Source: Candidatus Micrarchaeaceae archaeon
GTDB taxonomy: Archaea > Micrarchaeota > Micrarchaeia > Micrarchaeales > CABMGC01
Direction: 5' to 3'
Assembly (NCBI GenBank): GCA_038878295.1
Contig: JAVZVY010000017.1
Location: 1 to 17,092 of the forward strand
Length of the DNA: 17,092 nucleotides
Shown here in pieces: positions 1-7,754 of the stretch. The notes beneath the pieces are model-generated. The model was not told the origin of the DNA. It did not search any database and saw nothing but the letters and a program-made list of their open reading frames with translations. The position numbers and the translations under genes were made by a program. Every line of letters begins with the position of its first letter. Position 1 is the first letter of the stretch.

Positions 1-345
1 AGTGAAAGCGCACGACGTTGACGCTCAAAGTGCAAACTGGAAGGAGCAATCGGCAGGAAGGAGTACGAGGTGGATGTAGGAAACTTTGAAGACACCGTAA
101 AGATCATTTCCAGAATATTGCCGCGCAGCGCAATAGACTATTTCGAAAACACCCACAAGCGTATGAACTTGGCGGCCTGAAATTCGCTATAGACAAGTTT
201 CCGCGCATGCCTTACCTTCTTGAGATAAAGGGACGCACAATGAGGTATACTTAGAGGATAATCGGAAAGCTAAACATAAAGGGAAAGATCGATAGCAGGA
301 AATCGGTGCGTACAGGCGAATACTACAGAATTCATGGCATAGACA
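1..345 (+). pseudogene. Degraded CYTH-superfamily (class IV adenylate cyclase / triphosphate tunnel metalloenzyme) gene, 5' part outside the window
   Basis: CYTH-like peptide segments are split across frames: frame 3 KRTTLTLK (6-29, preceded by TGA at 3-5); frame 1 GRKEYEVDVGNFEDTVKIISRIL..YFEN (52-150, stop at 178-180); frame 3 AYELGGLKFAIDKFPRMPYLLEIKG (159-233), TAG at 252-254, then ..EYYRIHGID. The order matches the CYTH pattern LTxK / REExEV / R..Y / xDx / LEIE. Confidence 0.72.
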
Positions 346-415
346 TTCGCTGGTTCAAAAAAGCGCCGCAAAAAAGTTGCCGAACTTCTCAGGTGCCGAA
401 GCAAGGAGCGGCAAA

Positions 416-2407
416 TCACGCTCTCTGATACGCATATCTCAGCATTATGTCGCTCATCACGTCAAGCACGTCTATGCATCGGTCTGTGACCTCCTCCAAA
501 GATTCATACACATCTTTGAGCTCTACCATGCTTTTTGCATCCTTCGACTCCGCAAGTTCTCTAAGCGAGCTTCTGAGTATCTCATCGGCTTCGTTCTCGT
601 ACTTTGCGGCTACTATGCGCACGCCGCCTATGGCCTTGATTGTCGATTCAGGATCCGTCGAAAGCTTGAGAAGCAGCGTGAATCCCTCAGCAACTTTGCC
701 GACGCATTTTTCTATCCCTGAAGCGAACCTTGTCACATTTTTGTCTGGCAGCTTTATACCATATATGGAAATCCTGGAAGCCGCCTTTTCTATAGCGTCT
801 ATTATATCATCCAGCCTGTTCGCGAGGTGCGAAACATCTACATACGTTATCGATTGCAGCTTGGTCCCATAAAGGCTGTCAAAAATCTTGTGCACCTCTA
901 TATCAGCATTGTGCTCGTGAGACTTGATCTCCTTGAAAAATGCTGCAGAATCTCTGCCGTTGGACTTCACCATTCTGCTTAGGATCCTTCCTGCGGAAAT
1001 TTCGTGTTCAAGATGCGCCCTGAATTCGCCCTGCAGAGTAAGCGTTATGAGCATCAGCTCCTCTTCGCCAGAGGTCTCTGCCAGCGACTTTCTCTTAGTC
1101 TCAGGCAGGAAGACAAGCGTCATGAAAAAGCCAACAATAGCTATGCCGCCAAGCATGCCTATTAGCGCGAATTTGCCTATGGCATTTATGAGCAATGGGA
1201 ATGCCAGTGCCGAGATTGCTGCGCCGAGCTTGCCGCTTGTTGATGCTATGCCGTGGCCTGTGGCTCTTATGCTTGTCGGATAAAGCTCAGATGGATACAC
1301 ATATGTTGTGGTGTTCGGCCCGTAGTTTGTAAAGAAGAATGTCAGGCCGTAAATGCCGAAGAATGCCACAGCAGAAATTTTGAGTATCGCTTCGCCAAAT
1401 AGGGCTAGTATTATGAAAGCAGCGCCCATAAACAGGAATCCTATCTCTTGAATTCTTTTCCTGCCTTCTATGTCTATAAGCGAAACGGCGACCCAGTAGC
1501 CAGGCACAGCCATCAGCAGCAACACTATGGCTGATACCTTCGTAGCTGCGAAAGTGCCAGAAAATCCAAAGAGAGATGCCAGGTACGGCGTAAATATGCC
1601 CGTGCCGTAATATGATATGTCCATGAGGAACCAGCACAATGCCGTGCTCACGACGATGCCCATGTGCTTCCTTGCAAATTCCCTCATGCTCACGTTCGGT
1701 ATGTAGCCGCCAAACGCGTTTGAAGCGCCAGCCAAGCTTTTGACAGTGCTTTTGGCTTCTCCAATCCTGCCCCTAAATATATCGTAGAGCGGAGTCTCAT
1801 TAAACTTCAGCCTGAAGTAAAGTATTGCAATAGACGGTATTGCGCCGACCGCAAACAGCAACCTCCACGCAAGCGTTTCCGGAACCGAAGCGTAAAGGAG
1901 CGAAAACGCCACGAGTATGCCTGCGGCTATGCCGAAGCCTTGCATCGCAAATGTCGAAGCCACAAGCTTGCCCCTGTCATTCCTGTTGGCGTATTCAGCA
2001 ACTATAGTCGAACTGAGCGGGTAGTCACCTCCTATGCCTATGCCGAGGAAGAACCTCCAAAGAACAAGCTGCAGGAAACTTGAGGAAGTAGCCGAGCCAA
2101 GGGCTCCTACTATCAGTATTGTTATCGTTATCCAATATGTCTTTTTCCTTCCGAATTTGTCTGCGACCCTTCCAAAAATCATCGGTCCCAGAACCGCGCC
2201 GAAGAGGGCCGCGCTTGCGGCAATGCCTAACTGCGTCGCATTCAAATTAAAAATGCCCTTGAGCATCAGCAAAGCTACGCCTATCACGAACAGGTCATAT
2301 GCATCAGTGAAGAAGCTCATTCCAGATATTAGCATTATTTTTATATGGGATCTGCTGAGCTTCGCTCCTTCAAGTTGGCTTCTAAGAGTTTCCTCCACAC
2401 GCCCCAC
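416..2407 (-). CDS. MFS phosphate:H+ symporter (Pho84/PHT1-like) fused to a C-terminal DUF47/PhoU-like phosphate transport regulator domain, 663 aa
   Basis: About 12 hydrophobic segments with PHS-family motifs FFTDAYDLF, GRVADKFGRKK, GIGIGGDYPLS, RGKLVASTFAMQGFG, GPNTTTYVYPSELYPT..RATGHG and LPETKRKSL. The last ~210 aa are helical with DUF47-type motifs EHNAD, LANRLDDIID, ENEAD and YESLEEVTDRC. GTG start 22 nt downstream of a TATA box. Confidence 0.88.
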   Translation of the reverse strand: MGRVEETLRSQLEGAKLSRSHIKIMLISGMSFFTDAYDLFVIGVALLMLKGIFNLNATQLGIAASAALFGAVLGPMIFGRVADKFGRKKTYWITITILIVGALGSATSSSFLQLVLWRFFLGIGIGGDYPLSSTIVAEYANRNDRGKLVASTFAMQGFGIAAGILVAFSLLYASVPETLAWRLLFAVGAIPSIAILYFRLKFNETPLYDIFRGRIGEAKSTVKSLAGASNAFGGYIPNVSMREFARKHMGIVVSTALCWFLMDISYYGTGIFTPYLASLFGFSGTFAATKVSAIVLLLMAVPGYWVAVSLIDIEGRKRIQEIGFLFMGAAFIILALFGEAILKISAVAFFGIYGLTFFFTNYGPNTTTYVYPSELYPTSIRATGHGIASTSGKLGAAISALAFPLLINAIGKFALIGMLGGIAIVGFFMTLVFLPETKRKSLAETSGEEELMLITLTLQGEFRAHLEHEISAGRILSRMVKSNGRDSAAFFKEIKSHEHNADIEVHKIFDSLYGTKLQSITYVDVSHLANRLDDIIDAIEKAASRISIYGIKLPDKNVTRFASGIEKCVGKVAEGFTLLLKLSTDPESTIKAIGGVRIVAAKYENEADEILRSSLRELAESKDAKSMVELKDVYESLEEVTDRCIDVLDVMSDIMLRYAYQRA

Positions 2408-2428
2408 GCTAGTAAATCAAATATAAGA

Positions 2429-2441
2429 TTTATAAACCTTC
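2429..2441 (-). promoter_or_regulatory. BRE/TATA promoter for the MFS-DUF47 gene (probably leaderless transcript)
   Basis: Minus strand reads GAAGG-TTTATAAA, ending 22 nt before the GTG start; no SD. Confidence 0.6.
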
Positions 2442-2494
2442 AGCGGATACTGCCCCAAAAGCAATGCTACGTACATGATTCGCGCTTTGGCAAC

Positions 2495-2510
2495 GGTAAA
2501 TTATTTATTA
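2495..2510 (+). promoter_or_regulatory. Putative BRE/TATA promoter for nreA
   Basis: GGTAAA-TTATTTATTA lies about 27 nt upstream of ATG 2537. Confidence 0.5.
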
Positions 2511-2536
2511 CTCACTTGGCAAATATATTCGGTATA

Positions 2537-3736
2537 ATGTTGATAGAGCGCACAGACGAGATATACAGGAACATGCGCAACCCAAGATTCCTTAGGGCAT
2601 ACTACAAAACAAAGACAGCGTCTATGATTATGGGCAACAAGGTAGAGGGATCTTCGCCGCCTGACATATTCGTGGGCAGATATGGCTATCCGAATGTCTT
2701 CATAGGCCCGCTGATACCGCCTATGTTCGGCAACACTGAAATACTCAGCACGCCTGAGCAGTGGCTTGGCAAGGACATGCTCGACATAATAGAAATGCGC
2801 TCTGCTCTTGTTCGCGGCATGTACAAGACTAAAGTCACAAATGTGGGCTCTGGCCGCACAGAAGAGATGATTACAGAACTGGCAATCGCTTCGAAAAATG
2901 TCGATACCGAGGCCGAATTTTCGCATGTGCCTGAGTTTAATCCCGCATTCGACGACGTTTCGCAGCCATTCGGGCCCAGCGCAATGATGAAAGAGATGCA
3001 GATCGGCAACATAAAGGCCGACAGGCTCATAGAGCGCGCATATTATGACACTGACATGCCAGCCAAAGAGGCAATAATTGAGCTTTACAGAAAGGGGGCT
3101 GCAGTATCTAGAATACAAAAGGCTCTTTCCGGAGGCGCCCTCGGCCTCTCGAAGAACAGAAAGTTTGTGCCAACAAGGTGGAGCATAACAGCTATTGATG
3201 ACACTATCTCGAAGGACGCGCTTTCAGAGGTGAAAAGCTATGAGCCCATCGATTACATTGCGACGTACGAGAATGAAGCTCTCGACAACAGGTGGCTCAT
3301 AATAATGCTGCCGGGCGCATGGAGCTATGAGCTGATAGAAGCTTGGTATCCAAGGACTGTCTGGAATGTTGGCGGCGAACGCATTGCCATATATTCGTCG
3401 CACGAATTCTTCAATGGCAGGAAAACGTATGCAGAAATAGGCGGCTGCTACTATGCCGCGCGCCTTGCAACGTCGGAGCTGCTTAAGCGAATAAAGCGCC
3501 AAGCCACTGTAGTCATACTAAGGGAAACGCACGAGGGCTATATAATGCCTGTCGGAGTGTGGAATGTGCGCGAGCACGTGCGCGAGGCTCTTAAAAAGAA
3601 GCCATTGATGTTTGACAGCATCAGGTCGCTTTTCGATCACGTTAAAAAACGCATGGCCATACCAGTAGACGTGTGGGTGCAGAATAGCGCTGTGCTGCAA
3701 TACGTGCTCAGGCAGAGAAGGCTCACAGACTATTGA
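2537..3736 (+). CDS. nreA: Nre-family archaeal DNA repair protein (PCNA-interacting), 399 aa
   Basis: Motifs GSSPPDIFVGRYGYPNVFIGPL, PFGPSA, FVPTRWSITAID, YELIEAW, GRKTYA.IGGCYYAARLA, LRE...GYIMPVGVWNVRE.VR and a C-terminal PIP box QRRLTDY. Start moved from 2345 to ATG 2537 because the upstream part overlaps the divergent gene and its promoter. Confidence 0.92.
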   Translation: MLIERTDEIYRNMRNPRFLRAYYKTKTASMIMGNKVEGSSPPDIFVGRYGYPNVFIGPLIPPMFGNTEILSTPEQWLGKDMLDIIEMRSALVRGMYKTKVTNVGSGRTEEMITELAIASKNVDTEAEFSHVPEFNPAFDDVSQPFGPSAMMKEMQIGNIKADRLIERAYYDTDMPAKEAIIELYRKGAAVSRIQKALSGGALGLSKNRKFVPTRWSITAIDDTISKDALSEVKSYEPIDYIATYENEALDNRWLIIMLPGAWSYELIEAWYPRTVWNVGGERIAIYSSHEFFNGRKTYAEIGGCYYAARLATSELLKRIKRQATVVILRETHEGYIMPVGVWNVREHVREALKKKPLMFDSIRSLFDHVKKRMAIPVDVWVQNSAVLQYVLRQRRLTDY

Positions 3737-5964
3737 TACGCCACGATAGAATCAGCGCCGCCAATTATATCATACGTACGCACGTCCTTTTTCTTCTCGC
3801 CCTTTAATACTAGCCTGTACCTTTTGCCCTTTATTGTGTTGCTGAACCTTATCCTGCCTTCTGAATCAGTTTTTGAGTGCGCTACTTTCTCCCAAACGTA
3901 AAAAAGCTCAGCGTCAAGCCCGACAACTGGCGCATTCGCTGAATCAATCACGCGTATTACCGATTCGCAGAGCTGCGTTTCATCAGGCGCATCCGCATGC
4001 GGTGCATCTGCGAGCGTTGTTCCATTATAGGCTACATCAAGAGTCCTAACAAATACTGATTCAAATGGCTCTTTAACGGAACCGTGCGCATTGAGGTAGC
4101 CAAGGGCACAGACTCTCTGCTCCAAACCCTTTATCCTCTCAAGCACGCTTTCGCTCTCAGGAAAAGAGAGATCAGCAAGGGCCAGCTTTGCTGTATCTGG
4201 GCTCTGCCTGAAATAGAGTTTTGTCTGGCACATTCTCCTTATTTTCGGGTCTATCTCAGTGACGCTGTGCGAAAGCAGGAAAAGCCCGACTCCCTTCTTC
4301 CTGAAGTCCTGTATACGCTGGACAAGGTCTGCCGTCGCTGGCGAATCTGCGCCGAATACGAGCTGCGCCTCCTCAGCTGCTATCGCCATGTTTAGCCTGC
4401 CCTCGCTGTCTATGCCGAAAGCGTCAGCAAAGCTGTACGCCTGGTTGAGTATTAGGGAGTAGAAGAAAGGCTTCATGCTGTTGCTTACGTTCGAAAGGTC
4501 AAAGAGCACGCCTCTTTCAAAAAGGTCGTGGAAAGAAGCGCCATGAGAAACCGCTAGCTCAGGCCTGAAGAGCATGAGCCTGAGGTTCTCGAGGGCAGCC
4601 CTCACATTTTCGCCATGCTTCGTGTATTTTATGCCGGTGTTCGTGCGCTTCGCGTGCTGCTCTATTACGGCCTCTTCTATCGCGTCGTATACGTCGATCG
4701 GATCTGGGTTTCTCAGTTTAGAATAAACGTTTCTGAAGGCTGCCAGAAGAACTTTCTCTAGAGAGTTTTTGTATGGGCCCGCATTTGATGCGGAAGCTAT
4801 CAGCATTGCGAGGTTTTCGTAGAACCTTTCTATGTTTATGTTTGCTTCGCACGAGAAGAAATTGAGTTTTGCGCTGCTTTCGTAGAGCTTTATGGCTGCG
4901 ATACCGTTAGCTTGCGCAAACCGTGTCCATTCACTTGTAGGAGCTATTATCACGAGCATCGGGTTTACAGCATTTCTTATCTGCTCAAGCATGCCCATGG
5001 CAGCGTAAGTCTTCCCTGTCCCAGGCAGCCCGGTTATTATTGTGCCGAGGTTGAATACCTCAGGGTTAACTGCGACGCGCCTTCCAGTGCCGCTTACAGA
5101 TTTCTCAAGATACTCGCCTATGACTATCTCGCCGTTTTCAGAAAGATGGGCGCTCGTGCCTATATTCTCCACGCTCCTTATCGAACGCGGAAAGCAAATG
5201 ATTGACGAGGCTCTTTTGTAGCTGAACGGTATCGCGTCCGCCCTTGCTATCTTTGCATAAAGTTCTTCAAAGCCGCTTGCTGCAATCTTGTACTCATCTA
5301 TAATGTACATTTTCGATTTTATGTAATCTACAAGCCGCGTATCGCCTTCCGCAGAATCTGCTATCAGGGTCACCTTGTACGCGTTGCCTCCGGAAATCAT
5401 CGCTTCGTTTATCATACCGAGAATGGACTCAAGGAGCATCACTTCATCTGATTCATAATACAGGTCTCTTTGAGTTGAGCTAGCAATGCCAAACTTCGTT
5501 TTTTGTCCGCTGTTTTGCGTCAGCCGTTTCTCGTGTCTGCTGAGTTCGCTCTCTATCTTGTTTTTCAATGCGCCAATATATTTTGCGTCAGTGTGCACAA
5601 AAGCCACTGCGAGGCCGCAGTTGTGGCCGCCGAGTATGCTGAACAGCGACTCCAGAATCTGCGCCGGTTTCTGCGCTGCATACTGCTTTCCCGATTGGGC
5701 ATAATGCGGTTCGCGTTGCTGCTCAGCGTATGCAACAATCGCAGTAAGGCTCCTCGTTCCAATCCTGGGATTCGCCGGGGCAAAATCCATTCCGGCTTCA
5801 ACGTTCTTCAGGCGCTCAAGGGCTGATGCATCATCGCATATCAGGTACGTTGAAAGGGTTGAAAGGTCGTGGTAAAGCATGAAGTCCGCGCCAAGCATCG
5901 CCTCGACGAAAGCCACGTAATCAAAGTTGCTCGGTACCGAAATAATCTTAAATTCGCTAAGCAT
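3730..5964 (-). CDS. HerA/VirB4/VirD4-like (DUF87-type) P-loop ATPase with a long N-terminal domain and a C-terminal beta-sandwich-like domain, 744 aa
   Basis: Walker A IITGLPGTGKT (~5008-5040), Walker B MAIAAEEAQ, Arg-finger-like motif DFRKKGVGLFLLSHS and downstream TKLYFRQ. SD AGGTG upstream of ATG. Confidence 0.85.
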   Translation of the reverse strand: MLSEFKIISVPSNFDYVAFVEAMLGADFMLYHDLSTLSTYLICDDASALERLKNVEAGMDFAPANPRIGTRSLTAIVAYAEQQREPHYAQSGKQYAAQKPAQILESLFSILGGHNCGLAVAFVHTDAKYIGALKNKIESELSRHEKRLTQNSGQKTKFGIASSTQRDLYYESDEVMLLESILGMINEAMISGGNAYKVTLIADSAEGDTRLVDYIKSKMYIIDEYKIAASGFEELYAKIARADAIPFSYKRASSIICFPRSIRSVENIGTSAHLSENGEIVIGEYLEKSVSGTGRRVAVNPEVFNLGTIITGLPGTGKTYAAMGMLEQIRNAVNPMLVIIAPTSEWTRFAQANGIAAIKLYESSAKLNFFSCEANINIERFYENLAMLIASASNAGPYKNSLEKVLLAAFRNVYSKLRNPDPIDVYDAIEEAVIEQHAKRTNTGIKYTKHGENVRAALENLRLMLFRPELAVSHGASFHDLFERGVLFDLSNVSNSMKPFFYSLILNQAYSFADAFGIDSEGRLNMAIAAEEAQLVFGADSPATADLVQRIQDFRKKGVGLFLLSHSVTEIDPKIRRMCQTKLYFRQSPDTAKLALADLSFPESESVLERIKGLEQRVCALGYLNAHGSVKEPFESVFVRTLDVAYNGTTLADAPHADAPDETQLCESVIRVIDSANAPVVGLDAELFYVWEKVAHSKTDSEGRIRFSNTIKGKRYRLVLKGEKKKDVRTYDIIGGADSIVAYQ

Positions 5965-5972
5965 GCGCGCAC

Positions 5973-6260
5973 CTATGATATTACGAATGCGCAGTAAAGC
6001 GCGAATACCGCGATGCCAACAAGCGAGATTAAGGCAAGTTGCGTGTAGTTTGGCGCGCTCTCAAAATTTACGAGCCTCGCCCTTGCGGCATACTCAGATG
6101 CAGCTACCGAAGCCACCAGTGCTGCTGATCCATACAAAACCATCTTGAATGCGTACATAACGATGGCCACTGGCGCTGCTATCGAGAAGCCAGCAATCGC
6201 ATATACTAAATAGTGTTTCAACGCGCACCCGCGCTTGTACAGCCTTTTTAGTTTTTCCAT
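5973..6260 (-). CDS. Small membrane protein (2-3 TM), ~95 aa
   Basis: Basic N-terminus followed by hydrophobic helices (YLVYAIAGFSIAAPVAIVMYAF; LALISLVGIAVFALYCAFVIS). TGATG overlap with the upstream gene and GGTGG SD; alternative TTG start at 6263. Confidence 0.7.
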   Translation of the reverse strand: MEKLKRLYKRGCALKHYLVYAIAGFSIAAPVAIVMYAFKMVLYGSAALVASVAASEYAARARLVNFESAPNYTQLALISLVGIAVFALYCAFVIS

Positions 6261-6451
6261 CAAACCACCATGTGCGCTAAAAGTGATATTGCGAACAGCA
6301 CCACCATGCCGATGGCGTAGTCGCCGCTGAGTCTTGCCTTCCTCCCATTCTTCGGGAAGAACGCACGCTCGGCAACAATTGCAGAGAGCGCGGCGCTTGC
6401 CGCGAGTCCGCTTATCTCAGAGACAATATATGTGAATGCTGCCAATATCAA
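6260..6451 (-). CDS. Small 2-TM hairpin protein, 63 aa
   Basis: Two hydrophobic helices around a basic loop FFPKNGRKAR. The TTG start overlaps the upstream stop (TTGA), GGAGGGG lies 9 nt upstream, and the ORF fills the operon gap exactly. Confidence 0.62.
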   Translation of the reverse strand: MILAAFTYIVSEISGLAASAALSAIVAERAFFPKNGRKARLSGDYAIGMVVLFAISLLAHMVV

Positions 6452-7053
6452 TCAAATACGCCCCTCCATGCAGATAACCTGCCATCAATCGCATACGCGA
6501 GCAGCAGCCCAGACAATCTTGCATAAGACTCAATAACTCCGACAAGCCTCAGTCCGTCGTCTAGGTCGAAAATCTCAATCTTCTCAGCTTTGCGAATCTT
6601 CAGATACTTGGCAAGCTTGCGAAGCTCCTGCGCGTCTATTAACCCGTAACTGGCAAATGCCAGCTCGGCAACGGCTTTGTCGCTAGGATTTCCTCTCAGC
6701 AGACCGTCTGAAAGCAGCCTGTCGTATGCGTTCCTTATGAATGCGCCCCGCCTGATCTCGCCTCTTCCGATGTAGCCATGCCACATGACGATGCCATCAC
6801 CAGAGCCTACAGCATGATACGCAGCCTCTATCGGATTACCGCTTCCAAGCTCACTTGCATGTACGGGCATAGACTTAACTCCATAAGTCACGATTTTGCC
6901 GCTCTCGCTAGAAGCATAGGGCCTTGTCTTGCTCTCGCATGTTATTCTCAGTCTGCCCCTCCTGTAGTTTATAGACATTGCTGTTGCTAGGAAAACTACG
7001 CCAAATGCGATAGGCGCGAATTGCTCCAAGTAGACAATTGCTATGCCGTTCAT
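6448..7053 (-). CDS. Hypothetical protein with an N-terminal membrane anchor, 201 aa
   Basis: Hydrophobic FAPIAFGVVFLATAMSI followed by basic YRRGRLR (suggesting a cytoplasmic C-domain). ATGA overlap with the upstream gene. Confidence 0.72.
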   Translation of the reverse strand: MNGIAIVYLEQFAPIAFGVVFLATAMSINYRRGRLRITCESKTRPYASSESGKIVTYGVKSMPVHASELGSGNPIEAAYHAVGSGDGIVMWHGYIGRGEIRRGAFIRNAYDRLLSDGLLRGNPSDKAVAELAFASYGLIDAQELRKLAKYLKIRKAEKIEIFDLDDGLRLVGVIESYARLSGLLLAYAIDGRLSAWRGVFD

Positions 7054-7742
7054 GTTTTGACCAGCTCGAACAGGTTTCCATTTGCGCGCGTCACCCTGTA
7101 GCCGAGCGCAGCGATGCGATCTAGCGCCTTCCTGAGCCTTTCGATTGGTATGGCGTATTTTTCAGATATTCTTTCAAGACTGTTTGTGAAAGCCGATTCC
7201 GCTACGATTACCCTCGCAATGAGCAATTCGGTCTCATTTGCCAGGGCCGAATAGTCGCTTTTCAGTTCTGAATTTTCGTTGCGCAGGGCGATTATGCGCT
7301 TTGACAGCACTATGTTCGCGTCGCCGTCGCGTTCCGCATTGCCGGTGCTGCAGACGCGCATCTCTTCGCCTATCTGGTTGCCCGCAAGCGCTGCTACCAA
7401 ATACGGGAAAAGCGACGAAACATCGAAAGAATAGAATCCCTTCGTGAAAGCCATCATGCTTAATAGCCTAAGCAAAGCCTCGCGCATCAGGTATACAGGC
7501 GAATGTTTAGAATATATCTCGAGCGCCACGTAACCGCGCGCAAACTCGAAGCGGTAAAAGCTATCGGAGCCTCGCCCTGCGCCGAGTTCATACTTCAGCG
7601 TACCGCCCCTTGACAGCTGCTCGAGCCCAGGATAATAAGCGAGCGATTCAGCCAAAGAGCCAATCGGGCCTTTTAGCGTCGCTGCTATTATTATTCTTGA
7701 ATTCAGATAGGTTTCAGAAACATTTTTGTTGGTAAGCGTCAT
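7050..7742 (-). CDS. Hypothetical protein with a coiled coil and possible C-terminal winged helix-turn-helix, 230 aa
   Basis: Heptad segment LSKRIIALRNENSELKSDYSALANETELL, then SLERISEKYAIPIERLRKALDRIAALGYRVTRANGNLFEL (helix-turn-helix plus beta-hairpin pattern). SD GGCGGTGG. Confidence 0.72.
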   Translation of the reverse strand: MTLTNKNVSETYLNSRIIIAATLKGPIGSLAESLAYYPGLEQLSRGGTLKYELGAGRGSDSFYRFEFARGYVALEIYSKHSPVYLMREALLRLLSMMAFTKGFYSFDVSSLFPYLVAALAGNQIGEEMRVCSTGNAERDGDANIVLSKRIIALRNENSELKSDYSALANETELLIARVIVAESAFTNSLERISEKYAIPIERLRKALDRIAALGYRVTRANGNLFELVKT

Positions 7743-7754
7743 GAAGCCACCGCC

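Noticed and set aside
2345..2536. 64-aa N-terminal extension of NreA from the ORF track
   Set aside because: It overlaps the divergent MFS gene and both promoters and has no family-like sequence. ATG 2537 fits the TATA spacing.
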